Origin: Bugula neritina
Lineage: Eukaryota > Animalia > Bryozoa
Assembly: GCA_964035545.1 (NCBI GenBank)
Contig: OZ037772.1
Location: 8,425,150-8,489,149, forward strand
Reading direction: 5' to 3'
Length of the DNA stretch: 64,000 bases
The translations under genes and the position numbers were made by a program. Shown here piece after piece: positions 13,605-25,224 of the stretch. How positions within the stretch are numbered: position 1 is the first letter of the stretch; the number at the start of each line of letters is the position of its first letter. Below the pieces are notes generated by a model, which made no database searches, was not told where the DNA came from, and saw only the letters and a program-made list of their open reading frames with translations.

Positions 13605-14802
13605 GGAAGTAGCCAAGGTCTAGGGGTTAAAGTGTTTGCTTAGTAAACACGAAGTCACGGGTTCAAACCCCAACATAGGCCATTGGTGATGTTAGGAAGA
13701 GCATCCAGTCATAATTGCTCCTGTGCCTTGCCGGAATAAGTCCTTAGCTCGCTTCAATAGAAACCCCTTTCAATCATGCAGGGGTTTTTCACAGAGATAG
13801 CAACTATAAATTTGTGTGAGCTGAGTATAACACCATATTTAAAATAATTAGTATGAAATAATCACTTACTGATGTCTTCTACTCCACACATCACGTCTCT
13901 TATATAAACATCTGACACATTTATGTTGCAAAACAAATCTGCAAACTCTTCAATCTCTGTAGCCTTAAAACCATCTGCGTCCAACCTGCAGAAACAGTGT
14001 GCTAAGTTTACACATTTCCTTTATGAGAGAACACAAATCCTTATTGGTATAAAAACTCGAGCTCAGTGCAGCTGGAATGCTGTTATAATGATATTCAACA
14101 TAGATGAGGGCACAACTCCATATTATGAGTCACACCAATGAGTCATCTTCTAACAGAAGACATGGAATGTACCATGACTGTGACCATGAGTCATTTTATT
14201 AGTTTCTGCAGAGGAGGTTGTTTTGAGTTAAGTGTAGCTTTTATTTAGATAATTTGAAAAGTTATTATTGCATAATTTGCCTTTAATTATAGTGAGAGAA
14301 ACTATATTTATATAATGGTAACATTACTACTTCAAGATGACATGCTGCTATAACACACCTCTTTTTAAGCAATAAGTTACCTTACAAAATCTTTAAAAAA
14401 TTTTGCAAAAAACTCTTGACTAGTTTCAATAAGGATGAGTAAATGTTGCCGTGGCGCTGGCCTATTTCTATTTGATTGTTTTTATATTTTTTTCCAATCA
14501 AGTTCTTAATTTTTGATATTTTTAAACACTTGTTATTTATTACTACTTTAAAGCAAAAAGAGCTTCTGCTGTGTCCTATAAAATCAGACATGTTTCAATT
14601 TCCATCATTGTTTATCTATTCTATTAATTTGTTTCCAATTTTATATCAAAACTTTAGGAAACAAGTATAAAAATTGCTGAATGCTTATAAGTTAAATATT
14701 ACATAACATTTGCAGACGTTACCTGTGCCAGGCGTAACAAGCGACAACATCACGAGTCTTGAGTCGTTCTGTTAAAGAGGCTATCAAACTACGGCCAGCC
14801 AT
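11870..14802 (-). CDS. Divergent Bcl-2-family protein, 5 coding exons, ~179 aa
   Basis: Exons 14802-14723, 13985-13870, 13194-13052, 12745-12605, 11929-11870 (GT-AG; phases 2,1,0,0; 540 nt). Translation: MAGRSLIASLTERLKTRDVVACYAWHRLDADGFKATEIEEFADLFCNINVSDVYIRDVMCGVEDIREDSLVKLALAVKTCVRAMEDHPGCSEVFIRTMDRFVGSCVNWITLSVAVVFAAQLVSVLVKLKRNCKAREALDLAIEYLSRERFSRWIIQQKGWGNIDIPLPSVDETTSEEID*. BH4-like TRDVVACYAWHRL...GF, BH1-like VNWITLSVAVVF, and BH2 WIIQQKGW followed by an intron as in Bcl-2/Bcl-xL. The last exon is the least certain. Confidence 0.7.
12846..13025. repeat. ~22-bp minisatellite (atatccaccactaggggagaac) in an intron of the Bcl-2-like gene
   Basis: Two exact and several degenerate tandem copies. 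Confidence 0.7.
13516..13598. repeat. (TA)n microsatellite
   Basis: Pure TA run. Confidence 0.97.
13604..13820 (+). mobile_element. tRNA-derived SINE, family 1 (full-length)
   Basis: A-box-like aggtctaggggtta, B-box ggttcaaaccc, then the body shared with 291-497 and 10974-11177. Confidence 0.8.
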
Positions 14803-15633
14803 CTTTTGTCTGATAGGCCAAAACGAAAGAATAAATTTAACAAAATTATTTTGTTTATAATAACAAGCAACTAACTATACTGTTGTTTATAAATTTTTTT
14901 CAATAAATGACATCATCACAAAACTATTTCTTTTTGGCTTCAACTGAGAAAATTAAGATATGTTGAATTTTTTTTTTATTTTAAGGAGCAGAGACATTTA
15001 TTTCTGAATTATTGTATGTAAAAAGCTTGTTTTTTGTCCAGAAAATAAATTTATTATAAATTTGATCATTTCATGCATAGATATTCCAAATAAAACTACG
15101 AATTATTATAAAGCGGATAAGTATGTAGGTATGGGAATATTATTATGATACAAATCTAATTGCCTATTTTTAATTATATATTTATATGTAAAAAAGCCAT
15201 GCAATCTTTTACAATAATATATAGTAATCAAACACCTTGCTGGATTACATTGCATGGCATGCACACATATAATGCATATTTTACTCCTTTAAACCCCTGA
15301 ATTAAAACCCATGACACCTGATTTCACTGCTGAACTGGTATTATGAAATGAAACAATATGGCCATGATGTGATTCTTCCCCTTTTTTAAAGAATATGCCT
15401 AAAGTTTGTAATACTGTATGTTTTAGCAAAAATCATTATTACAAATACACATTTCAAATACTATTAGCTTTTCTACTCGATTATATATTAAGCTAAACCG
15501 GTGAATAAGACAGAACTAGAAAATTAGTAAAAGCTGAATAAAAGTTGTAGCAGTAACACTGTTATATATACTCTAAATAGTGACTATTGTTGTCAATGCC
15601 TGCAGTAATATGTATCTAAACTGAAAAAACAGC

Positions 15634-15710
15634 TGCCCCCACCGGGATTCGAACCCAAGACCTCCGGATTACAAGCATGCGGCACACTGCAAGGACTGCT
15701 GGGTAATTAC
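15634..15710 (-). mobile_element. tRNA-like fragment (SINE family 2 head or tRNA pseudogene)
   Basis: Minus strand ...CCGGAGGTCTTGGGTTCGAATCCCGGTGGGGGC has a B-box/T-loop; the 5' half is degenerate. Related to 22377-22460 and 26889-26965. Confidence 0.55.
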
Positions 15711-17003
15711 AGCACTACAACAATGAACGTGCATAGCCTCTTAGAATAACTATAAAGGATTGTTTATTTGATTTATAATAATAAAAAAATATAATAATAT
15801 AGTATGAATATAATAATGCAGCAGACAGCTAAGGAGTTTTTGAAAAGCTAAAAATATGCAAAATAGTAACTTGAAAAGTTTTCTGAAAAACATCAATCCT
15901 TAAATCTTTCCTCAAAAATATGTCTGAGAGATTTGACTTGCATTCAAGCACCTGCTATAAACTGTCACATGACAGGATGACATTGGCAATAAAGGCAATC
16001 ATACTGGTGTTTATATGTTTATTCATATTATTACTTCTGACTGTTCTTATAAAGTTTACACTGAGCAAAGATGAACGTATATAGCATGCAATCAATTTGG
16101 TTTGCCCGAGCAACTATGAAACATTAACTAAAATATAACACAGCTTTATGTCTACAGTTTCGACTTTTTAAAAGGCTGTTGGCTGCCTTAATATGCCTCC
16201 CTCTCTATCTCAAAAATATTCATGCAATTTGAAGACAGCAAACATTTATAAAATTACCAAACCAGCATCAGATTAGCTCTGGTACACATGACTACTATAT
16301 GTGAAAGATACTATATAAGTTTTGTGAAAAAGTGTTTAAAACAATTAATAAATTCTAGACTATGGTCAATGTTTTTGAACTAAATAGTAGCTAGCGCACG
16401 TGTAGGCTACAAACCTATGGATACTTAGACTATGTGTGTAATACCTTTTAAAAATTATGTATATTATCTATTAAACATTAAAAAGTTTTAAAATTATAGG
16501 TATGTAAAGACAAATTTCTAACTGCATCTACAAATACAATTATAGATATTACTTTTATGTGCATGACTAAGCTTTTCTAAGTTTCCTTTATTAGGATAAC
16601 GCATATATGCAATAAATATTATATTTATATTAGCTCTGTGGAGACAGATATCTAAACACCCTTACCATGCATTCATCAGATGTAGTGTTTATATATAATG
16701 TACGTGTTTAATAAAACTGCTTTGTATTACTAGTTATAATGCACATATAAAAAATAAAAAAGGCTCCTCCTAGTTTATCTGCGTAGTGCAATTTAGAATA
16801 ATTCTTAAACATCTGAAACCAGTGAGCTAATTTTTTCTCTGTCTGCACTTTTCCACAAAAGAAAAATTTCCAATTTAATACGCAGCTGATTTGTAGTTAC
16901 TTGAGTTATGGTAGAATAGCTTGGCTTTTAGCATGTCTTTTAGTGTGCCAAAAAGCCCCTTCATTTAGTAAATCACTTTTCGCACACATTGAATGAATAT
17001 GAT

Positions 17004-19047
17004 CTACGCAGTGTGTTTCTTCATATGTGCAAGAAGTTTATCTTTTTGGCTGAATGACTTATTACACACATTGCATAAAAATGGCTTCTCTCCCGTGTGT
17101 GTTCGCATATGTTTGATTAGGGTGCTTTTTCGAGAAAATGACTTATTGCACGTATGGCATAAATATGGTTTCTCTCCGGTATGTGTCTTCATGTGTTGGT
17201 TTAGATTATCCCTGGTACGGAAGTTCTTTGTACAGACATGACATGGAAATGGTTTTTTTTCTGTGTGTGTTTGTAAATGTTGCTGTAAGTTACTTTTCTG
17301 GCTAAAGGATTTTGGACAAATGTGACATGAAAATGGTTTCTCTCCCGTGTGTGTTTTAAAGTGCCGAGTAAGATGTTTCATAATTTTTGTCTTATAGTTA
17401 CACTGAGGACATTTCTTTATACCCTGCTGTTCTTTATTTTTCTCAAGACCAGCTTCTTGCGTTGACTCATAATCACAAACATCATGTAAAGTTGTATTCT
17501 CCTTGATCACTTCTTCTTTCTGATCAAGGACATCTGTAGGTTTGTTGGCAACATTAGGTTCTTTGAGTAGACAGCTGTCATATGGTGTGGCCTCTATTGG
17601 AAAAGAGTTTTGGTTGCTTGTATCAACTTCAAGAACTGAAATGAAAATAAGTTAAGTTTTAAACTAACATGTGGTAATTTTTGTCGTTTTAATAATATCA
17701 TGTGATCTCAGTTTAATTTGCAATTGCAATGAGATAACAAATCTGATGGTCTTTGAGTTATCTATCAAGACACACTCACCTGTTGAAATGACTTTCGTTG
17801 TAGTAGGAAATCCTAAATCTTGATTAACCTGAGAGATAACTTCAGACAGAGAGACATCACATTCTTCTGGTAGAAAACAGTCAAACACTAAATCCTGCTT
17901 TTTGGGATGTTGTGACTCTTGTTGGTAGTTAAAAAGATCTGAATGTCCACTCTCTACCAGTTCTTCCATATAAGTGTCGGATACTGTTGTTGGCATACTA
18001 AGGAAAGTTTGATTGTCTGTATTGACATTAAAACTTTGAGATTCTAAAGTTACAGAATTTCCAGGGGAGCTGCAATTGGTTACTAAAAGATTCCATTCAG
18101 CACCATGCCTTTCTTCGCATGATGACTCCTGTCTGTAATGATTAGGTTCTTTGGATGAATAATCTTCACTTAAAACTTTAAAAGCCACAGAAAAGATTTC
18201 AGACAGAGAATCCTCATGTTCTTCTGGTAGAAAGATCTGAATGTACACTCTTTACAAGTTCTTCTATATAAGAGTCAGATACTGTTTGATTGTATGTATT
18301 GACATTAAAACTTTGAGAGTCTGAAATTACAGAATCTCTCAGAGAATTGTTATTAGTTACTAAAGGATCCCACTCAGCACCACGCCTTTCTTCACACTGT
18401 GGCTCCTGTCTGTAATCATTGTGTTCTTCAGATGGATAATCTTTACCTAAAACTTCAAAAGCTGAAGTAAAGATTTCAGACAGAGAATTATCATGTTCTT
18501 TAGGTGGACAGTGGTTATACACTGAAGTTTCTATGTTAATATAATCCTGAGGGTTTTTATCAACTGTGGAAGTCAGAGGAACTGATTCTGCAGAAAAGCT
18601 GGGAGGTTGAGCAAAGTTGTCCCAGAGAGCAGCAATCTCCCACTCAACATCACTTTCAGAGATCTGGTGAGATTCTTGCATTCTTTTGCTTGAATTTTGC
18701 GGACTCGCTTCTGTTTCTATGACTGAAAGATAATTAAAACGTGTACAAATTTGCATCACAACATATTTTATTAACAAACACAACCACAGACACCAGGCTC
18801 AAATGCTCGCATATTTCGCTCAGCTTGCTCGCTTGCCCACTCACTCACTCCCACGCACACACTCACATACTTAATAACCATAAATGTGCAAAATTAACAC
18901 AAATTTGTACACTCAAACTAAAAAGTTAAAATTTAATCATTCATCTTTCGAAACTGATAAACAATTAGACAGCCGCAAAATATAATCAAGCCAACAACTT
19001 TTTAATTTTTACAGAATGCTATACTTACATGGCTGACGCCCAGACAT
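17004..19047 (-). pseudogene. C2H2 ZNF copy A (5 fingers plus a decayed 6th); frameshifted in exon 2
   Basis: Exon1 19047-19029 (ATGTCTGGGCGTCAGCCAT|gtaagt). Exon2 18722-17780 with a frame break near 18235. Exon3 from 17635 is fused in frame to the finger exon, ending 17004. TGEKPF linkers. Confidence 0.75.
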
Positions 19048-20553
19048 GATGTAAGAACTAAACAGAATTCAGATACGCTTAAAAGAAGAGAAGTTAGTTC
19101 CTAATAAGACTTCGCCGACAAATATCCACTATCAGAATAGTCAGAATCTGATAATTATCTAGCAGCATACCTTCCTGGCTATTTGTTTGTAAATAATCAG
19201 TACAGTTAACTATTGTATATTAAAAAGCTGTTGAAACAATGAGTTAAGTCTATACCTTTGTCCAATGAAAAATTTACCAATAGAGGTCAGCAGTATTCTA
19301 TAGCAAACATCACAGCCACCATCAGTTATGTCAAATTATATCAAATAAAGATGTTGAGATAAAACAGAATTGGCTGACTTATTAATGTGTTTTTCTTGGC
19401 ATACAAATTTGCTGAGTTTATTTCTGAATGCACTCTGCACAAGGTTATTTTGTTTAACAAATTACGATTATTAAAAATGTCATTTATGCACAAATCTGTT
19501 GCTCCAAAGCAGAGTTGCAACAGTATTTTGACTTGACATCAATTATATAAGGTTTTTCTAAAAGTAGGAAATATCATTTCACAAAAAATACTGAATTGCA
19601 GTATGAAAATGAGAAATATATTATAATTATTATATCCGCTGTGAAATAGAAGCTTTCAGAAAACTAAGATTTAAATTCAATGAAATAAAAAATTTTGTTT
19701 CATAACTGGAAACTACTATATTAAAACTATTCCTAGGTACTATATGTGAAAAAAAACATTAATTATAGATAAAATAATACTGAGATATAATGTTTTATAT
19801 AGCATCCTATACATTAGTAAAAAAGAGATAACAACAAATTGCCAAATGTAGATACAAGTACAATTATAGATACTATCCTGCTAATGCTGAGACTTTTCCA
19901 ATTTTCTAGTATTAGCATAACATACAATAAATATTATATTTATATTAGCTATATGCAGACAGATATCTAAACACCCTTACCATTCACCAGATATACAGTC
20001 TATGTACATAATGTCTTTAATAAAACTTCTCGGTATTCTCCACTAACAATTTACATTTAGGTCTATATGGCGTCTATATGATCTTTGTAATGCATAGAAC
20101 GTTTGAGAAAAACAGTTTTCCCAAAACATTTTACTGAAACTTCATAAACGTTGCATTGTATAACATTGCATATATGTTTTTTTATGCAAATTTGGTGAAA
20201 GGTTGTGATCTAACATTATTTAAATGTTTAAATTTAAATGTATTTCTTTGTCTCACACACAACATTTAGACAAAACATTTTTTGCAAACTATTTTACCGT
20301 TTCATAAACTAGTCATACAAACGCTGCCATAACATTACTTTAATAACTTTTTTATTATGTTGTAAACCAATATCATCTAGATGTTGAAATTTAGGCGTTA
20401 TTTAACTTTTTTTATTTAAAACGTTCCATAAACAACTCTCCATAAATGTTATTATAATGTTGTATAAACTCTATGCATCATTGCATTGTTATTATAACCA
20501 TCTGGCAAGGATTTACAAAACCGTTGCTATATGAAAGTATCTATAGCAGTATA

Positions 20554-20673
<120 letters not shown>

Positions 20674-21028
20674 AGTGAGAGTTTTATATTGTGTGTTGAT
20701 ATCTTTATTATTTAAAGGTGAAGAGCAATAATTACGAAAAATGATTGTTACTAAAAAGAATTTGTAACCCGATGTGAAGATATATTTGTCAAATTAAATG
20801 ACTTAAAATAAATTACATATAAAATAAATGTGGCTACTGAGCAGATAAATAAATTTATATTGAAGCTAACGCAACAATTTTTATAGATTGCAACAGGTCA
20901 TATAAAGTAGTAGAGCACAAATTTAGGAAGCCAAAAAACTAAAGCTAATTTTGAAATGTTTATTCAAAACATGGCTATTTAGTAAAGTTAAAAAAATACT
21001 TTTCTGTATATAAGCAAGTAAACAGACA

Positions 21029-21107
21029 TGCAATGTGTGTATGAAATTCTTTAATCAAAAAAACAAGTATTCTATATCACACTAAAATACATACTAGAAA
21101 TTATTAA
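21029..21107 (+). pseudogene. relic terminal C2H2 finger of a deleted ZNF copy
   Basis: TGC AAT GTG TGT ATG AAA TTC TTT AAT CAA AAA (+1 A) ACA AGT ATT CTA TAT CAC ACT AAA ATA CAT ACT AGA AAT TAT TAA = CNVC...YHTKIHTRNY*, followed by the same 3' flank as copies B-D. Confidence 0.75.
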
Positions 21108-22267
21108 TATACTCTTATATAATCTTAGTGAGCGCAAATAAGCTCTCTAAAAACTTCCTGTTAAGTTTTTATAAAAAAACTCTTCATATAAAAAACTAGC
21201 TTACACGTTTCAAATTATTTTAAATTGTACTTGCAATATCACATGCATGCAGATGAAATAGAGAGGAAACTTCTTTATTTCCATGCACATGCACATATGT
21301 TATAAATAGTATGTCTGATAAATGGTTAGGATGTTTAGATATCTATCTACTTATATCTAAGATTGATATTATAATAATTGTAAGTTATGTTAATACAAGA
21401 AAAGTAAAAATAAAACTCAGCAGACATGCTTATATAATCAAAATCTATAATTGTATTTGTCTTAGTTTTCTTATATGCTATTTTTAGAAGAGCTTACACT
21501 TAATCAAGGATTTTATATCTCAACTTAGTTTAGTTTATCAACGTTTATGTTATAGTAATCAGAGATAGTTTCAATAGTTTTATATCCGTGTAGGGTTATG
21601 GTATTTTTGAGTTGTAAAACAAAACTTTTGATCTTGTTCTATTAAATTTCTTGTTTTATTTTACAGCAAATGTGCTCACTCAGTTAATTCTAAACACTTT
21701 CCTAATTCTGTCTTACTAGTGCAACAATATGTTTTGTGAAATATATTTAAATGAAAGTTATATAATTACTCTCAAGTTAAAATACTATTCCAACTTTACT
21801 TTATTGAAATAGATTTATAGCTAGATAATTGTTCTAATGTTTAGTGCCTTAACAAAGATATAGTTTACTACACAATGTAGACTCAGAACTAGGGCATACA
21901 AGTTTGTGGACAGATGAAATAATTATTTGAATCAGTATACCAGTTTTATCTCAATGAATTTACTCGGTATTATACTTTGAAGCAACTGATTATATTTTTT
22001 CTCAAGCCAAATTTTTCTTATGAGTTTTTCTTTACGCAAGCAAACAGAACATATAGCACTATTATTTGGTGGTGAAGGATGTAGTTCTAACACATTAAGT
22101 TCCTTCAGCTTTTTTACCATAAAATAGCCTATATAGCTCTGTAAGAATTAATTATAAGTAAATAGCCATGATCATTACGCTGTTAGATTACTCTGATATA
22201 ATGAATATCTATTCAGAACAAGTTACTTACCTTCCATTGCCTATCAGTTATGTTCAGTTCATCTACC

Positions 22268-25224
22268 ATGTCTCTGACTCAACCATGTAAGTATAATATA
22301 CTATGGAAACTATTATTTGTTTGGTTTGCCATTATTTTACAGTGGCTTTATTTATGCATCACATGTAAAACACTTTCCCCGCATCAGGATTCGAACCACA
22401 GACCTCCAGTTTGCAAGCAGGCCTGCTAGCCAGTTACACCACAGGGGCCACTGGGTCAACTAATCACTGTGATATTTATTAATAAGATGATGAATAAAAG
22501 TAATCTGTATAACTTTGATGTAGACATTTTGTGTAGCAAATCAACTCGTGGGTATTTTGCTCCCATATTAAGCTTATTGGGCATTATTGACGGAATGTGT
22601 GTATGTTGGTGTGAGTGAGTGAGTGAGTGAGTGAGTGAGTGAGTGAGTGAGTGAGTGGGTGAGTGAGTGAGTGAGTGATTGAGTGGGTGAGTGAGTGAGT
22701 GAGTGAGTGAGTGAGTGAGTAAAGAAGTAGTGGGTGAGTGAGTGGATGGGTGAGTGAGTGAGTGAGTAAGTGGGTGAGTGAGTGAGTGAAGGAAGGAGTG
22801 GATGAGTAAAGGAAGAAGTGAGTGACTGAACTTTGAGTAAATATATCAATGTAAACTGGTCAAGGCTTTTTTTACTTTGCAGATGTAGAACCACATGCAC
22901 TATCTCAAACACCAAACAACCGAATGCAAGAACCTCTTCAGATATCTAAAAAGGATGTTGAGTGGACAGTTCCTGCTCTCTGTAAGACTTTTATTCCATG
23001 TAATAACTTTCCCCTAAACTCAGTTCCTCTGACTTCCACAGTTGTTACAAATACTCAAGACTATGCAAACATAGAAACTTCAGTGTGTAATAGCTGCTTA
23101 CCACAAGAACCTGATGTTCCTTTATCTGAAGTTATTTCTGAGGCTTTTGGAGTTTTATCTGAAGACTATTCATCTGTAGATCCTGATCTTTACAGACAGG
23201 ATTCATATTGTAGAGATGAGTATAGTGCTGAGTGGGATCCTTTAGTAACCAATAACAGTTCTGAGAGACACTCAGTGAATTTAGACTCTCTAAGTTCTAA
23301 TACCAATGCAGGCAATCAAACTTTTCTTAATATGCTAACAGCAGTACCCAACACTTACATAGGAGAAGGTGTGGAAAACGAAGTTTTAGATATTTTTAGC
23401 AACCACCAACAATTACAATTTCTCAGGAAACAAAGTTCAGTCCATGACAACTATCTACCAGAAGAAACTGATGTCCCTCCGTCTGAATGTATTTCTGAGG
23501 CTTTCCCAGTTTTTGGACAGAATACTACAACAGAAGTCATCGCAACTGGTGAGTATGAATATTAGACAGAGAAAAGTAAAACTACCAAAGCGTTTCTTCT
23601 AAATGCAATTGCCAATTAAATTGAATTATATTAAAGAAATATATTGAAAAAACAAAGATTATATATTTATGAAGAATTATATTATAGCTTTACTTATTTA
23701 CATTTCAGTTCCCACAGTTGATGCAACCAACCAAGACTCTTTTTTTAGTATGTCAAAATCTTACACAGTCTTAAACCTGGCAAGATTTTTTACTTAATTT
23801 AATAATCTTCATAAACTTATCACAATTCCTAAACTGGTCATTCCTGTGAAAACCGTGATAGTACAATTTTTAAGCAGCTAGGCTGAGGAATTATTTCTTA
23901 AAGCATATTTTATACCAGATTCAATGATCTCTACAAGCTCTGATTACTTTAAACTTTCCATCTCCATGAGACGTTCTGATAGTAAAGTTTTTAGACAAAC
24001 TTATCACTTGTTTGTAGTCTAGACACAGGAGAAGTGATGGCTAGATGTATTTCTTGACATCATTAACAACCTTTACCAATGGTCAACCCATGACCTTGTT
24101 TTAACTAATGTATACTGGTTTTAACCACAAGTCCGCTACTTGTTTCTGGAATTAATTAATTTAATAAATCTTTGAATTGATTTATTTAGTTATGGTTTCT
24201 TGATTAGTGGCACATGGGTAACTGATTGAAATGCTTGCATGTTTTTCAAAAAAAAGTATTAGAATGTGATAAGAAACTTAAATAATTTATCATTAATGAA
24301 TTTTGAATGTCAACATAATATCATTAGTACTGCTGTTTTACAGGTGAAATACCAGTGCATTTAAACAAAGGAGACACTTCTGAGAAGCTACCAGATCTAG
24401 TGTACAAAGAAGCACATGAATTTAAGTGGAGAGATTGTTTTAGAGAAATAAACAAAGATATACAAACTCACACTGATCAAAAAGTGAATAACAGTGTCAA
24501 CAAATCCGTAGATGTCACTGGTCAAAGTGAAAAAGTGATTAAAGAGAAGACAACTTTACATGATGTTTGTGAGAATGAGTCAACACAAGAAGCTGGTGTT
24601 GAAAAAAGTGAAGAGCAGCAGAGCAAAAGGAAATGTTTTCAATGTTCAATATGTAGCTACAAGGCAAGATACAAGTGTTATCTCAACAGACACATGAGAA
24701 TACATACTGGAGAGAAACCATTTTTATGTCATATTTGTAAAAGTGCATTCAGTCTCAAATATACCCTACAACAACATATGAGGACACACACTAGAGAAAA
24801 ACCATTTTCATGCAATATCTGTAATAAATCATTCACTCAAAAATGTAGTCTTCCTTTACATATGAGGACACACACTGGAGAGAAGCCATTTTCATGTCAT
24901 ATTTGCAAAAGTGTATTCAGTCAACGAGCTACCCTGCAACAACATGTCAGGACACATACTGGAGAGAAACCATTTTTATGTCATATTTGTAAAAGTGCAT
25001 TCAGTCTTAAATACAATCTACAGCAACACTTGAAGACACATACTGGAGAGAAACCATTTTCATGCAATGTCTGTAATAAATCATTCACTCAAAAATGTGG
25101 TCTTCGTGTACATATGAGAACTCACACTGGAGAGAAGCCATTCTCATGCGATGTGTGTAAGAAATCATTTACTCAAAAACCAAGTCTTCTATATCACACT
25201 AAAATGCATACTAAAAATAAATGA
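22268..25224 (+). CDS. C2H2 ZNF copy B, 7 fingers, intact, ~534 aa
   Basis: Exons 22268-22286 (ATGTCTCTGACTCAACCAT|gtaagt), 22883-23548, 23709-23747 (shortened, possibly skipped) and 24344-25224. All introns are phase 1 and the ORF is open. Seven Cx2Cx12Hx3H fingers with TGEKPF linkers. Confidence 0.85.
22377..22460 (-). mobile_element. tRNA-like SINE head (family 2) in intron 1 of ZNF B; paralogous copy at 26889-26965 in ZNF C
   Basis: Minus strand GGCCCCTGTGGTGTAACTGGCTAGC...GGTTCGAATCC has A and B boxes, but the anticodon stem does not pair. Confidence 0.6.
22610..22826 (+). repeat. (GTGA)n microsatellite in intron 1 of ZNF B
   Basis: Direct; equivalent tracts occur in every copy that retains intron 1. 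Confidence 0.95.
23965..24140 (-). mobile_element. old SINE family 1 copy in the last intron of ZNF B (positionally equivalent copies ~28505-28690, ~42298-42450, ~50578-50760, ~55435-55625)
   Basis: 'cacaggagaagtgatggctagatg' and 'acccatgaccttg' match 'cacaggagcaattatgactagatg' and 'tccatgacctcg' of the copy at 10974-11177. Confidence 0.65.

Noticed and set aside
20050-20550. Region rich in aacgtt/aacatt motifs, possibly a non-autonomous DNA transposon
   Set aside because: Could not define termini or a TSD by eye.
22377-22460. Possible functional tRNA genes (also 15634-15710, 26889-26965 and the SINE heads)
   Set aside because: A and B boxes are present, but the acceptor and anticodon stems do not pair; treated as SINE heads or pseudogenes. 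tRNAscan-SE would settle it.
22574-22915. 'SLTH'-repeat ORFs (also 27053, 40814, 45276, 45358, 49374)
   Set aside because: Antisense translations of (GTGA)n intronic microsatellites.
22924-23565. KRAB, SCAN, BTB or ZAD domain in the ZNF N-termini
   Set aside because: No VTFxDVAVxF, no C4 ZAD cysteine pattern and no BTB/SCAN signature seen.
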